Assembly: GCF_044324875.1 (NCBI RefSeq)
Contig: NZ_CP172185.1
DNA length: 64,000 nt
DNA from: Escherichia coli
Lineage (GTDB): Bacteria; Pseudomonadota; Gammaproteobacteria; Enterobacterales; Enterobacteriaceae
Strand: one strand, 5' to 3'
Shown: positions 47,260-57,968 of the stretch, in pieces
Layout: every line of letters begins with the position of its first letter
Numbering within the stretch: position 1 is the first letter of the stretch
Made by a program: the position numbers and the translations under genes
Notes under the pieces: model-generated
Seen by the model: the letters and a program-made list of their open reading frames with translations, nothing else
The model's database searches: none
Told to the model about the DNA's origin: nothing

Positions 47260-48597
47260 ATGAACACTTCACCGGTGCGAATGGATGATTTACCGCTTAA
47301 CCGTTTTCACTGTCGAATTGCTGCGCTCACTTTCGGCGCACACCTGACCGACGGTTATGTTCTAGGCGTCATTGGTTACGCCATTATTCAGCTTACGCCC
47401 GCCATGCAACTGACGCCGTTTATGGCGGGTATGATCGGCGGCTCGGCGCTCCTTGGTTTGTTTCTTGGCAGCCTGGTTCTTGGGTGGATCTCCGACCATA
47501 TTGGTCGGCAAAAAATCTTCACCTTCAGCTTTTTGCTGATTACGCTCGCTTCGTTCTTGCAATTTTTTGCCACCACGCCAGAGCATCTTATTGGATTGCG
47601 CATTTTGATCGGCATTGGTCTGGGAGGCGATTACTCAGTCGGTCACACCTTGCTGGCTGAATTTTCCCCGCGCCGCCATCGCGGTATTTTGCTGGGCGCA
47701 TTCAGTGTGGTGTGGACCGTAGGCTATGTGCTGGCAAGTATTGCCGGACATCACTTTATTACCGAAAGCCCGGAGGCCTGGCGCTGGCTGCTGGCATCAG
47801 CGGCGTTACCAGCCTTGCTGATTACGCTGCTACGTTGGGGCACGCCGGAATCGCCACGCTGGCTACTGCGCCAGGGGCGTTTTGCTGAAGCTCACGCTAT
47901 CGTGCATCGCTACTTTGGTCCCCATGTTTTACTGGGCGATGAAGTGGCAACGGCGACCCATAAACACATCAAAACATTGTTCTCTTCGCGCTACTGGCGG
48001 CGCACAGCGTTTAACAGCGTCTTCTTTGTCTGCCTCGTAATCCCATGGTTTGTGATTTATACCTGGCTGCCAACTATCGCCCAAACTATTGGTCTGGAAG
48101 ATGCGCTGACAGCCAGCCTGATGCTTAATGCGTTGTTAATTGTGGGCGCGCTGCTGGGATTAGTTCTGACGCACCTGCTGGCACATCGCAAATTTTTGCT
48201 GGGAAGTTTTTTGCTGCTGGCGGCAACGCTGGTCGTGATGGCCTGTTTGCCTTCCGGCAGTTCATTAACGCTGCTGCTTTTTGTTCTCTTCAGCACCACC
48301 ATTTCGGCAGTCAGTAATCTGGTGGGCATTTTGCCTGCGGAAAGTTTTCCTACTGACATTCGCTCGCTGGGCGTCGGTTTTGCCACCGCCATGAGTCGGT
48401 TGGGCGCGGCAGTAAGTACGGGCCTGCTGCCGTGGGTGCTGGCGCAGTGGGGAATGCAAGTCACCTTATTGCTCCTGGCGGCAGTGTTGTTGGTTGGTTT
48501 TGTCGTGACCTGGCTATGGGCACCAGAAACCAAAGCACTCCCGCTGGTGGCGGCGGGAAATGTAGGAGGTGCGAATGAACATTCTGTTAGCGTTTAA
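47260..48597 (+). CDS. ygcS: MFS sugar-porter-like transporter YgcS
   Basis: The start is placed at the ATG at 47260 (MNTSPVRMDD...), preceded by SD aagggg. Sugar-porter signature PESPRWL. 445 aa. Confidence 0.85.
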   Translation: MNTSPVRMDDLPLNRFHCRIAALTFGAHLTDGYVLGVIGYAIIQLTPAMQLTPFMAGMIGGSALLGLFLGSLVLGWISDHIGRQKIFTFSFLLITLASFLQFFATTPEHLIGLRILIGIGLGGDYSVGHTLLAEFSPRRHRGILLGAFSVVWTVGYVLASIAGHHFITESPEAWRWLLASAALPALLITLLRWGTPESPRWLLRQGRFAEAHAIVHRYFGPHVLLGDEVATATHKHIKTLFSSRYWRRTAFNSVFFVCLVIPWFVIYTWLPTIAQTIGLEDALTASLMLNALLIVGALLGLVLTHLLAHRKFLLGSFLLLAATLVVMACLPSGSSLTLLLFVLFSTTISAVSNLVGILPAESFPTDIRSLGVGFATAMSRLGAAVSTGLLPWVLAQWGMQVTLLLLAAVLLVGFVVTWLWAPETKALPLVAAGNVGGANEHSVSV

Positions 48598-49354
48598 AGC
48601 CGAACCGGATGTCGGAATGCTGGCGGAAAAAGAGTGGCAGGCGGCGGCTCAGGGTAATAGCGGACCGGATGTTTCGCTTCTGCGAAGTTTACTCGGTGCT
48701 GATGAACAGGCTGCCGCCGCGCTGCTGTTGGCGCAGAGAAAAAACGGTACGTCGATGTCTTTAACCGCGTTGAGCATGGGGGATGAACGGGCGTTGCACT
48801 GGCTGCGCTATCTCATGGCTCTTGGGTTTGAGGAAGCTGTATTGCTGGAGACGGTGGCAGATCTGCGCTTTGCGCCGGAATTTGTCGCTCGCCATATTGC
48901 CGAATGGCAGCGTCAGAATCCGCTGGATCTGATAATTACCGGCTGCCAAAGCAGCGAAGGGCAGAATGGGCAAACGCCATTTTTGCTGGCGGAAATGCTG
49001 GGCTGGCCCTGCTTCACCCAGGTGGAGCGTTTTACTCTCGACGCGCCGTTTATCACCCTTGAACAGCGTACTGAAAACGGGCTGCGCTGTTGCCGGGTTC
49101 GCTTGCCTGCGGTGATTGCCGTGCGTCAGTGCGGTGAAGTGGCCTTGCCAGTACCGGGAATGCGTCAGCGAATGGCGGCGGGGAAAGCAGCAATTATCCG
49201 TAAAACTGTTGCTGCCGAATTGCCAGCGATGCTGTGTCTGCAACTGGCAAGAGCAGAGCAACAACGCGGAGCGACGCTGATTGATGGGCAAACGGTAGCA
49301 GAAAAAGCGCAAAAGCTATGGCAGGACTATTTACGCCAAAGGATGCAGCCATGA
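48575..49354 (+). CDS. ygcR: Electron-transfer flavoprotein beta-subunit-like YgcR (FixA-like)
   Basis: The ATG at 48575 is preceded by SD aggagg and overlaps the 3' end of ygcS. 259 aa, recognised as YgcR. Confidence 0.8.
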   Translation: MNILLAFKAEPDVGMLAEKEWQAAAQGNSGPDVSLLRSLLGADEQAAAALLLAQRKNGTSMSLTALSMGDERALHWLRYLMALGFEEAVLLETVADLRFAPEFVARHIAEWQRQNPLDLIITGCQSSEGQNGQTPFLLAEMLGWPCFTQVERFTLDAPFITLEQRTENGLRCCRVRLPAVIAVRQCGEVALPVPGMRQRMAAGKAAIIRKTVAAELPAMLCLQLARAEQQRGATLIDGQTVAEKAQKLWQDYLRQRMQP

Positions 49355-50211
49355 ATATCGCAATTGTGACAATAAATCAGGAGAATGCCGCAATAGCGAG
49401 CTGGCAGGCGGCGCAGGATTTCAGCGGTTGTACCCTGGCGCACTGGAAGATTGAACCTCAGCCCGCTGTGGCGGAACAGGTGCTGGATGCGCTGGTGGAA
49501 CAGTGGCAGCGAACGCCTGCGGACGTTGTTCTCTTTCCGCCGGGAACGTTTGGCGATGAACTGTCGACCCGGCTGGCCTGGCGTTTACATGGTGCAAGCA
49601 TCTGCCAGGTGACTTCGTTAGATATTCCAACCGTAAGCGTGCGCAAATCCCACTGGGGAAATGCGCTAACGGCGACGCTGCAAACAGAAAAACGCCCGCT
49701 ATGCCTTTCCCTGGCGCGTCAGGCGGGAGCAGCGAAAAACGCCACGTTGCCCTCTGGTATGCAGCAACTGAACATTGTCCCAGGTGCGCTTCCCGACTGG
49801 CTGGTTAGCATAGAGAATCTGAAAAATGTTAGCCGCGACCCATTAGCTGAAGCCAGACGGGTGCTGGTGGTGGGGCAGGGCGGAGAGGCAGATAACCAGG
49901 AAATCGCTATGCTGGCAGAAAAGCTGGGAGCCGAAGTGGGCTACAGTCGGGCACGAGTGATGAACGGTGGCGTTGATGCCGAAAAAGTGATTGGTATTTC
50001 TGGACATCTGCTGGCACCTGAGGTGTGTATTGTTGTTGGCGCTTCCGGCGCAGCAGCGTTAATGGCGGGCGTACGCAATAGCAAGTTTGTGGTGGCGATT
50101 AATCATGACGCCAGCGCGGCGGTATTTTCACAGGCAGATGTTGGCGTGGTTGATGACTGGAAAGCGGTGCTGGAGGCTCTGGTGACAAACATTCACGCAG
50201 ATTGCCAATAA
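49351..50211 (+). CDS. ygcQ: Electron-transfer flavoprotein alpha-subunit-like YgcQ (FixB-like)
   Basis: The ATG at 49351 overlaps the ygcR stop (ATGA). 286 aa with an ETF-alpha C-terminal FAD-binding region (GISG...VGASGA). Confidence 0.8.
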   Translation: MNIAIVTINQENAAIASWQAAQDFSGCTLAHWKIEPQPAVAEQVLDALVEQWQRTPADVVLFPPGTFGDELSTRLAWRLHGASICQVTSLDIPTVSVRKSHWGNALTATLQTEKRPLCLSLARQAGAAKNATLPSGMQQLNIVPGALPDWLVSIENLKNVSRDPLAEARRVLVVGQGGEADNQEIAMLAEKLGAEVGYSRARVMNGGVDAEKVIGISGHLLAPEVCIVVGASGAAALMAGVRNSKFVVAINHDASAAVFSQADVGVVDDWKAVLEALVTNIHADCQ

Positions 50212-50212
50212 C

Positions 50213-50322
50213 GTGCTGCCGGATGATCCTGCCTACGGTTCTGGGCTGGGGACTTGTAAGCCTGATAAGACGCGTCAAGCGTCGTATCAGGCGCTGAATG
50301 TCGGATGTGGCGTGCAGCCTAC
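50213..50322. repeat. REP/BIME-type extragenic palindromes
   Basis: gcctgataagacgcgtcaagcgtcgtatcaggc plus flanking gccggatg / gtcggatgtggcgtgcagcctac units lie between the convergent ygcQ and ygcP. Confidence 0.7.
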
Positions 50323-50357
50323 AAATCACACAAATTCAACTCGTTACGAGTATCCCG

Positions 50358-50933
50358 TCAAAGCAATTTTTTCGCTAACGTCCAGACCCCGGTATTCGTG
50401 GTGGAAAGCGCCACAACACCCGCGTTAATCGCATTACGCGCATCTTCTTCATCGCACACCAGCCCGCCGGCAATCAGCGGTTGGCGGATTTTCTCCGTCA
50501 CCCAGCCTAGCACTTTAGGCATACAGCCTGGCAGGATCTCAATACAATCCGGATTCGATTGCGCAACTTGCTTATCAATGTTGTGAAACGAAATCGAATC
50601 AACAATAAACAGGCGATGAATACAGAAAAAACCTTCCGCTCTTGCCGCTTTTAGCATCGATGCTTTCGTGCTGATAATGCCGTCCGCCTCGGTCACCAGT
50701 TTCAGAAACTGAATCACCACTTCTTTGTTCGATGCGCCTTCCAGCAAATCAACATGAATAAAGGCATATTTTCCGGCGTTTTTAATCTTTTTAACGATAT
50801 TACTGATGGTGCAGATATTGCCGTACAACACGGAAATAAACTGGCATTCAGAGTCGATTGCCAGTTGCAGGCTGGCATTATCTTTAACGGCAGCAATCAC
50901 CGGATTCTGGCGGAGCAGGTGTAAGAGGGGCAT
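50358..50933 (-). CDS. ygcP: GlpP-like (glycerol-3-phosphate-responsive antiterminator family) protein YgcP
   Basis: 191-aa ORF recognised as YgcP. The family assignment is from memory of the annotation; no HMM was run. Confidence 0.8.
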   Translation of the reverse strand: MPLLHLLRQNPVIAAVKDNASLQLAIDSECQFISVLYGNICTISNIVKKIKNAGKYAFIHVDLLEGASNKEVVIQFLKLVTEADGIISTKASMLKAARAEGFFCIHRLFIVDSISFHNIDKQVAQSNPDCIEILPGCMPKVLGWVTEKIRQPLIAGGLVCDEEDARNAINAGVVALSTTNTGVWTLAKKLL

Positions 50934-50949
50934 AAATTATCCTTATTAT

Positions 50950-51210
50950 TTATCCAAAGCGGTAGGTGATGCCGAATCCGGAAGGCGGATAGTGCCACTG
51001 TTGTAGCGTTTTTTCATCGCACAGCAAACGGCAGGTGCCGCACTCCAGACAATTACGATAATCAACGTGCAAATCACCCTCCGGTGTGAGCGAAAAAAGA
51101 CCAGCCGGACAAGCGTTAATCAACTGTTGTGCCGTCTGGCGCTCAACGGAGTCTGCCGGAACAATATGTGGCGCATCAGCAGCGCGCCAGAGATTACGGG
51201 CTACAGACAT
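50950..51210 (-). CDS. ygcO: FixX-like ferredoxin YgcO
   Basis: The start is placed at the ATG at 51210 (MSVARNLW...), giving 86 aa. Cys cluster CLECGTC. It overlaps the ygcN 3' end by 10 nt. Confidence 0.8.
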   Translation of the reverse strand: MSVARNLWRAADAPHIVPADSVERQTAQQLINACPAGLFSLTPEGDLHVDYRNCLECGTCRLLCDEKTLQQWHYPPSGFGITYRFG

Positions 51211-52472
51211 CGAATACTCCTGACAACATCGCCCGCCAGATGCCACAGGCCATGACGACGTAAATGACGCCAGAATAACTGGCGCAGCGGTGGAACAGGT
51301 TTATCACCCTGATCCCATAAATCACGGGAAATATCCTGCATTAACGCAGGCCACGCCCGATACCAGCCAGGGCGTTGCAAAAGCGCCGGAACATGCTGAT
51401 AACGCTGTAAAACATCCCACAGCAGGCTGCGCTCTACGTTGTGATGATAAAGCGGAAACAGATTTTGCGGCTCGCGGTGCTGGCAGGCGCTTATTAGCGT
51501 TTGTGCCGCCGCCTGCGCGCCAGTTAGCGCCATATCCATGCCGCGCACGGAAATTCCGGTATTGACGCAACTGCGCAACGCATCGCCCACCAGCAGTCAG
51601 CCGTTACCGGCGTATTGCATCGGCATACTGTGTAAGCCACCTTCTGGCACCAGATGCGCACCATACTCCAGTGATTCCGTGTTTTTGATAAGCGGGCGCA
51701 CTGCCGGATGCGTTTTAAAGCGAGCCAGCAGCTCGCTTGCCGGAACACGACTTTGCGTAAGGGAAGAGAGCGGGCAAACAATCCCTAACGAGAGCGTTTG
51801 TTGATTAGTATAAAGAAATGCGCCGCCGGGTAAGTCATCACAGATCCCGCCGCTGAACAGCAACGCTGCGCCTTCGTTATTCTCCAGATGAAAACGTTCT
51901 TCAATAGCGGATGTTTCCAGCGACAGCACTTCTTTGATCCCCAACGCCATCGCTTCGCCAGCAGGACGAGTCACTAACCCGTGACGTTCAGCCAGGACGC
52001 TGTTGGCACCTTCTGCCAGCACCACATAACGGGCGCGGAGAATATCGTCACCACAAATGACACCACACACCCTGCCGTTTTCTTCATACAGCGCATCCAC
52101 CGTCGCACCGGGGATGCATTCGACACCTTCTTTTTCGGCTTCGGCAACCAGCCACGGATCGAACCGTGCACGTAATACACTCCAGGATTCACCGCCGGGC
52201 TGTAAGCTGGAAAACGTCGTTGCGCCATCCGGCGTTAGCAGAGAAAGGCTTTCGTGAGTGATGCGTCGTTCAAGAGGCGCGGTCAGATGAAATTGCGGGA
52301 GGAGTTCCGCGAGCGCATGGGTGTATAAACGCCCGCCGGAAAGATTTTTGCTGCCGGGGATTTCAGCGCGTTCCAGTAACAGAACGGACAAACCTGCCCG
52401 CGCGCAGCGTAAAGCACAAGCGGTACCTGCTATACCCGCACCAATAATAATAATGTCGCAGTTGTCTTCCAT
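51201..52472 (-). pseudogene. ygcN: FixC-like ETF-quinone oxidoreductase ygcN interrupted by an in-frame TGA
   Basis: ORFs 51597..52502 and 51201..51590 are in the same frame and are separated only by a TGA at 51597-51599 (...MQYAGNG*LLVGDALRSC...). The N-terminus has an FAD-binding GxGxxG motif (IIIIGAGIAG). The start is inferred at the ATG at 52472 (MEDNCDIIIIG). Confidence 0.75.
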
Positions 52473-52549
52473 GTCATGCCCCAGATATCCAGAACACAAC
52501 ACCCTAACATGGCGTTACTTAAGGGAAATTGACCGCCGACACACTCTTA

Positions 52550-52915
52550 TCATTCGCCGCGATAGATACAGCCTGCAGTACAGGTTTCTTTTACCATCAC
52601 CGCACTTAACAGCGGCACAACGGGTTTAACCTGATCCCAAATCCATTTTGCTAAAACTTCGCTGGTTGGGTTTTCCAGACCTGGAATATCATTGAGATAA
52701 TGGTGATCGAGGCGCTCATAAGTTGGCTTAAACGCCGCTTTCAGTTCAGCGAAATCGATAATCCAGCCCGTATGCGGATCGACCTCCCCGGTAATTTCCA
52801 GTCGCACCATAAAGGAATGCCCGTGCAGGCGACCACATTTATGCCCTTCCGGGACGTGTGGTAAGCGGTGAGCGGCTTCGAAGGTGAAATCTTTAAATAA
52901 CGTGGTGGACATCAT
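52550..52915 (-). CDS. queD: 6-carboxy-5,6,7,8-tetrahydropterin synthase QueD
   Basis: The start is placed at the ATG at 52915 ([18 protein letters not shown]...), giving 121 aa. Recognised as YgcM/QueD. Confidence 0.9.
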   Translation of the reverse strand: MMSTTLFKDFTFEAAHRLPHVPEGHKCGRLHGHSFMVRLEITGEVDPHTGWIIDFAELKAAFKPTYERLDHHYLNDIPGLENPTSEVLAKWIWDQVKPVVPLLSAVMVKETCTAGCIYRGE

Positions 52916-53230
52916 AATTTCTCTACAGGACGATAAAACCGCCGTAGAGTACCGGAAAGGCTGTTTTTTCGCATTATCTAAAACGACTTTGTTGCGCAAA
53001 ATCGCTGATTTATCTTATTGATGGGCAATATTCATTTGTTTTTCATTGGGTTGGTTAATCTATTTTGTTGTTAAAGACTATTGCTAAAACAGGTTAGTCG
53101 ATTTGGTTATTAGTTATCGCTATCCCGTCTTTAATCCACACCGTTCACCCCGTTAACCTTACCTTCTCTTCTGTTTTATGGGCGCTGACAGGGCGCAGAA
53201 ACAGCTTTGCTTACTGGAACATAACGACGC

Positions 53231-55030
53231 ATGACGACACAGGTCCCACCTTCCGCGTTGCTTCCGTTGAACCCGGAGCAACTGGCACGCCTTCAGGCGG
53301 CCACGACCGATTTAACTCCCACCCAGCTTGCCTGGGTTTCTGGCTATTTCTGGGGCGTGCTCAACCAGCAGCCAGCTGCGCTTGCAGCGACGCCAGCGCC
53401 CGCCGCAGAAATGCCGGATATAACTATTATCTCCGCTTCGCAAACCGGCAATGCGCGCCGGGTTGCTGAAGCATTACGCGATGATTTATTGGCGGCAAAA
53501 CTGAACGTTAAGCTGGTGAACGCGGGCGACTATAAATTCAAACAAATCGCCAGCGAAAAACTGCTTATCGTGGTGACGTCAACGCAAGGGGAAGGGGAAC
53601 CGCCGGAAGAAGCCGTCGCGCTGCATAAGTTCCTGTTCTCCAAAAAAGCGCCAAAGCTGGAAAACACTGCATTTGCCGTGTTTAGCCTCGGCGATAGCTC
53701 TTATGAATTTTTCTGCCAGTCCGGGAAAGATTTTGACAGCAAGCTGGCGGAACTGGGCGGTGAACGCCTGCTCGACCGTGTCGATGCCGACGTTGAATAC
53801 CAGGCTGCTGCCATCGAGTGGCGCGCCCGCGTGGTTGATATTCTGAAGTCCCGTGCGCCTGTCGCGGCACCTTCGCAATCCGTCGCTACTGGCGCGGTAA
53901 ATGAAATCCACACCAGCCCGTACAGCAAAGACGCGCCGCTGGTGGCGAGCCTCTCTGTTAACCAGAAAATTACCGGGCGTAACTCTGAAAAAGACGTTCG
54001 CCATATCGAAATTGACTTAGGTGACTCGGGCCTGCGTTACCAGCCGGGTGACGCGCTGGGCGTCTGGTATCAGAACGATCCGGCACTGGTGAAAGAACTT
54101 GTCGAACTGCTGTGGCTGAAAGGCGATGAAACTGTCACCGTTGACGGCAAAACGCTGACCCTGAGCGAAGCGCTCCAGTGGCACTTTGAACTCACCGTCA
54201 ACACCGCGAATATTGTTGAGAACTACGCCACGCTTACCCGCAGCGAAACGCTGCTGCCGCTGGTGGGCGATAAAGCGAAGTTACAGCATTACGCCGCGAC
54301 CACGCCGATTGTTGACATGGTGCGTTTCTCTCCGGCGCAACTGGATGCCGAAGCGCTGATTAACCTGTTGCGCCCGCTGACCCCGCGCCTGTATTCCATC
54401 GCCTCCTCGCAGGCGGAAGTCGAGAACGAAGTGCACGTTACCGTTGGTGTGGTGCGTTACGACGTGGAAGGCCGCGCCCGTGCCGGTGGTGCCTCCAGCT
54501 TCCTCGCGGATCGTGTGGAAGAAGAGGGTGAAGTCCGCGTCTTTATCGAACATAACGACAACTTCCGCCTGCCCGCTAACCCGGAAACCCCGGTGATCAT
54601 GATTGGCCCTGGCACCGGCATCGCGCCGTTCCGTGCCTTTATGCAGCAGCGTGCTGCCGACGAAGCGCCGGGTAAAAACTGGCTATTCTTTGGCAACCCA
54701 CACTTTACGGAAGATTTCCTCTACCAGGTGGAGTGGCAGCGCTACGTGAAAGAAGGCGTATTGAGCCGCATCGATCTTGCCTGGTCGCGCGACCAAAAAG
54801 AAAAAGTTTATGTACAAGACAAACTGCGCGAACAGGGCGCGGAGCTGTGGCGCTGGATCAATGACGGTGCCCACATTTATGTCTGCGGCGACGCTAATCG
54901 CATGGCGAAAGACGTTGAGCAGGCACTTCTGGAAGTGATTGCCGAATTTGGTGGCATGGACACCGAAGCGGCGGATGAATTTTTAAGTGAGCTGCGCGTA
55001 GAGCGCCGTTATCAGCGAGATGTCTACTAA
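53231..55030 (+). CDS. cysJ: Sulfite reductase [NADPH] flavoprotein alpha component CysJ
   Basis: 599-aa ORF with flavodoxin-like and FNR-like domains. Confidence 0.95.
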   Translation: MTTQVPPSALLPLNPEQLARLQAATTDLTPTQLAWVSGYFWGVLNQQPAALAATPAPAAEMPDITIISASQTGNARRVAEALRDDLLAAKLNVKLVNAGDYKFKQIASEKLLIVVTSTQGEGEPPEEAVALHKFLFSKKAPKLENTAFAVFSLGDSSYEFFCQSGKDFDSKLAELGGERLLDRVDADVEYQAAAIEWRARVVDILKSRAPVAAPSQSVATGAVNEIHTSPYSKDAPLVASLSVNQKITGRNSEKDVRHIEIDLGDSGLRYQPGDALGVWYQNDPALVKELVELLWLKGDETVTVDGKTLTLSEALQWHFELTVNTANIVENYATLTRSETLLPLVGDKAKLQHYAATTPIVDMVRFSPAQLDAEALINLLRPLTPRLYSIASSQAEVENEVHVTVGVVRYDVEGRARAGGASSFLADRVEEEGEVRVFIEHNDNFRLPANPETPVIMIGPGTGIAPFRAFMQQRAADEAPGKNWLFFGNPHFTEDFLYQVEWQRYVKEGVLSRIDLAWSRDQKEKVYVQDKLREQGAELWRWINDGAHIYVCGDANRMAKDVEQALLEVIAEFGGMDTEAADEFLSELRVERRYQRDVY

Positions 55031-56742
55031 TGAGCGAAAAACATCCAGGGCCTTTAGTGGTCGAAGGAAAACTGACAGACGCCGAGCGCATGAAGCTTGA
55101 AAGCAACTACCTGCGCGGCACCATTGCGGAAGATTTAAACGACGGTCTGACCGGTGGTTTTAAGGGCGACAACTTCCTGCTGATCCGCTTCCACGGCATG
55201 TATCAGCAGGATGACCGCGACATCCGCGCTGAACGTGCTGAACAGAAGCTGGAGCCGCGTCATGCGATGCTGCTGCGCTGTCGTCTGCCGGGTGGGGTGA
55301 TTACCACCAAACAGTGGCAGGCGATCGATAAATTTGCCGGTGAAAACACCATTTATGGCAGCATTCGCCTGACCAACCGCCAGACGTTCCAGTTCCATGG
55401 CATTCTGAAAAAGAACGTCAAACCGGTGCACCAGATGCTGCACTCAGTCGGTCTTGATGCGCTGGCGACCGCCAACGACATGAACCGTAACGTACTCTGT
55501 ACCTCGAACCCTTACGAGTCGCAGCTGCACGCGGAATCCTATGAATGGGCGAAGAAAATATCTGAACATCTGCTGCCGCGTACCCGCGCGTATGCGGAGA
55601 TCTGGCTCGATCAGGAAAAAGTCGCCACCACCGATGAAGAACCGATCCTCGGTCAGACTTATTTGCCGCGTAAATTCAAAACCACGGTAGTGATCCCGCC
55701 GCAGAACGATATCGATCTGCACGCCAACGACATGAACTTCGTGGCGATCGCCGAAAACGGCAAGCTGGTGGGCTTTAACCTGCTGGTGGGCGGTGGGCTT
55801 TCCATCGAGCACGGCAACAAGAAAACCTACGCCCGCACGGCGAGTGAGTTTGGTTATCTGCCGCTGGAGCATACGCTGGCGGTGGCAGAAGCCGTCGTGA
55901 CGACTCAGCGCGACTGGGGTAACCGTACCGATCGTAAAAATGCCAAAACCAAATACACGCTGGAGCGCGTGGGGGTTGAGACGTTTAAAGCGGAAGTGGA
56001 GCGTCGCGCGGGGATCAAATTTGAACCGATCCGTCCGTATGAGTTTACCGGACGCGGCGATCGTATTGGTTGGGTTAAGGGCATTGATGATAACTGGCAC
56101 CTGACGCTGTTTATCGAAAATGGTCGCATCCTTGATTATCCGGGGCGTCCGCTGAAAACTGGCCTGCTGGAGATCGCGAAGATCCACAAAGGTGATTTCC
56201 GCATTACGGCGAACCAGAATCTGATCATCGCCGGTGTGCCGGAAAGCGAGAAAGCGAAGATCGAGAAGATCGCCAAAGAGAGCGGGTTAATGAATGCCGT
56301 CACGCCGCAGCGTGAAAACTCAATGGCCTGCGTGTCATTCCCGACTTGCCCGCTGGCGATGGCCGAAGCCGAGCGTTTCCTGCCGTCTTTTATCGACAAC
56401 ATCGATAATTTAATGGCGAAACATGGTGTCAGCGATGAGCATATCGTGATGCGTGTAACAGGCTGCCCGAACGGTTGTGGTCGCGCGATGCTGGCGGAAG
56501 TGGGCCTGGTGGGTAAAGCGCCGGGTCGCTACAACCTGCATCTTGGCGGCAACCGCATTGGGACACGTATCCCACGGATGTATAAAGAAAACATCACCGA
56601 GCCGGAAATCCTGGCGTCGCTTGATGAACTGATAGGGCGCTGGGCGAAAGAGCGCGAAGCGGGTGAAGGCTTCGGCGACTTTACGGTGCGTGCGGGCATC
56701 ATTCGCCCGGTGCTCGATCCGGCGCGCGATTTGTGGGATTAA
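55030..56742 (+). CDS. cysI: Sulfite reductase [NADPH] hemoprotein beta component CysI
   Basis: 570-aa ORF with a start/stop overlap with cysJ (TAATG). Siroheme/4Fe-4S Cys motifs are present (CVSFPTC, CPNGC). Confidence 0.95.
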   Translation: MSEKHPGPLVVEGKLTDAERMKLESNYLRGTIAEDLNDGLTGGFKGDNFLLIRFHGMYQQDDRDIRAERAEQKLEPRHAMLLRCRLPGGVITTKQWQAIDKFAGENTIYGSIRLTNRQTFQFHGILKKNVKPVHQMLHSVGLDALATANDMNRNVLCTSNPYESQLHAESYEWAKKISEHLLPRTRAYAEIWLDQEKVATTDEEPILGQTYLPRKFKTTVVIPPQNDIDLHANDMNFVAIAENGKLVGFNLLVGGGLSIEHGNKKTYARTASEFGYLPLEHTLAVAEAVVTTQRDWGNRTDRKNAKTKYTLERVGVETFKAEVERRAGIKFEPIRPYEFTGRGDRIGWVKGIDDNWHLTLFIENGRILDYPGRPLKTGLLEIAKIHKGDFRITANQNLIIAGVPESEKAKIEKIAKESGLMNAVTPQRENSMACVSFPTCPLAMAEAERFLPSFIDNIDNLMAKHGVSDEHIVMRVTGCPNGCGRAMLAEVGLVGKAPGRYNLHLGGNRIGTRIPRMYKENITEPEILASLDELIGRWAKEREAGEGFGDFTVRAGIIRPVLDPARDLWD

Positions 56743-56758
56743 CCATCAGCCCGGTCTT

Positions 56759-56795
56759 GTAGGCCTGATAAGACGCGTGAGCGTCGCATCAGGCA
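56759..56795. repeat. REP element
   Basis: gtaggcctgataagacgcgtgagcgtcgcatcaggca lies between cysI and cysH. Confidence 0.7.
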
Positions 56796-56815
56796 AGGCA
56801 AACAGTGAGGAATCT

Positions 56816-57550
56816 ATGTCCAAACTCGATCTAAACGCCCTGAACGAACTGCCGAAGGTAGATCGCATTCTGGCGCTGGCAGAAACTAACGCCGAACTGG
56901 AAAAACTGGATGCTGAAGGCCGCGTTGCCTGGGCGCTGGATAATCTGCCCGGTGAATATGTACTTTCTTCCAGTTTCGGCATTCAGGCGGCGGTGAGCCT
57001 GCATCTGGTGAATCAGATTCACCCGGATATCCCGGTGATCCTGACCGATACGGGTTATCTGTTCCCGGAAACCTACCGCTTTATTGACGAGTTAACGGAC
57101 AAACTCAAGCTCAACCTGAAAGTGTACCGCGCTACCGAAAGCGCCGCCTGGCAGGAAGCGCGCTACGGCAAACTGTGGGAGCAGGGTGTTGAAGGCATTG
57201 AAAAGTACAATGACATCAACAAAGTCGAACCGATGAACCGGGCGCTGAAAGAACTGAATGCGCAAACGTGGTTTGCTGGCCTGCGCCGCGAACAATCCGG
57301 CAGTCGCGCCAATTTACCGGTGCTGGCAATTCAGCGTGGCGTATTTAAAGTGCTGCCGATTATCGACTGGGATAACCGAACGATATATCAGTATCTGCAA
57401 AAACATGGCCTGAAATATCATCCATTATGGGACGAAGGATATTTATCCGTCGGTGATACCCATACAACCCGTAAATGGGAACCCGGCATGGCGGAAGAAG
57501 AAACGCGTTTCTTTGGCTTAAAAAGGGAATGTGGGCTGCACGAAGGGTAA
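56816..57550 (+). CDS. cysH: Phosphoadenosine phosphosulfate (PAPS) reductase CysH
   Basis: The ORF track starts at 56663, inside the REP. The recognised N-terminus [14 protein letters not shown] begins at the ATG at 56816, preceded by SD gagg. 244 aa ending ECGLHEG. Confidence 0.93.
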   Translation: MSKLDLNALNELPKVDRILALAETNAELEKLDAEGRVAWALDNLPGEYVLSSSFGIQAAVSLHLVNQIHPDIPVILTDTGYLFPETYRFIDELTDKLKLNLKVYRATESAAWQEARYGKLWEQGVEGIEKYNDINKVEPMNRALKELNAQTWFAGLRREQSGSRANLPVLAIQRGVFKVLPIIDWDNRTIYQYLQKHGLKYHPLWDEGYLSVGDTHTTRKWEPGMAEEETRFFGLKRECGLHEG

Positions 57551-57722
57551 AATATCGTACCGCTTAATAAACGTCTCTGTCTGAAAAGATGGGGGCGTTT
57601 TTATTTTGCGAGCAGCATTCCTGATTTTAAACGTGAACGCCGCTGGAAGAATTATCAAGTATAGAATGGCGTTGGGTGCTTGAGGCTGTCTGGCGTTAAG
57701 CATTCGCGAGGTTCCAGATGGA

Positions 57723-57777
57723 CAAAAGCCCCAGGCGATATTTCTATCAACCTGAGGCCAGCGTTCGAACCTAAGCA
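57723..57777 (-). ncRNA. Candidate Sok-like antisense RNA (tentative)
   Basis: Minus-strand promoter-like elements are -35 ttgcct (57812-57807), a 17-nt spacer and -10 taacat (57789-57784). A transcript of about 55 nt is predicted, complementary to the hok-leader region. It ends in a weak hairpin plus CUUUUG. No experimental or homology confirmation is possible here. Confidence 0.3.
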
Positions 57778-57815
57778 ATTCGAATGTTAGTCTCTTCTTT
57801 GCAGGGAGGCAAGAC

Positions 57816-57968
57816 ATGCTGACAAAATATGCCCTTGTGGCAATCATCGTACTGTGTTGTACAGTACTGGGATTCACGCTGATGGTAGGCGACTCGTTGT
57901 GTGAGTTGAGTATCAGAGAACGTGGTATGGAGTTTAAGGCAGTTCTCGCTTACGAATCGAAGAAGTAG
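57816..57968 (+). CDS. Hok/Gef-family type I toxin (HokE-like), 50 aa
   Basis: Not in the ORF track because it is under 60 aa. The ATG at 57816 is preceded by strong SD gggagg. The product is [50 protein letters not shown]. It has a single TM helix plus the conserved Hok C...C..AYE periplasmic tail and is very similar to my recollection of HokE. A 12-codon uORF (57784-57822) overlaps the start. Confidence 0.8.
   Translation: MLTKYALVAIIVLCCTVLGFTLMVGDSLCELSIRERGMEFKAVLAYESKK

Noticed and set aside
51597-51599. TGA in ygcN as a possible selenocysteine codon
   Set aside because: The position corresponds to Trp in my recollection of the K-12 protein, FixC-type flavoproteins are not selenoproteins, and no SECIS-like hairpin is evident immediately downstream. 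A nonsense mutation or sequencing error is far more likely.
55444-56187. 247-aa minus-strand ORF inside cysI, together with similar antisense ORFs at 6906-7655 (fucI), 23183-23893 (gudX), 24127-24816 (gudD), 46453-47073 (ygcU), 48057-48533 (ygcS) and 33012-33587 (pyrG)
   Set aside because: All lie fully antisense within confidently identified genes, lack RBS and domain features, and have skewed R/H/F-rich composition. They are shadow ORFs.
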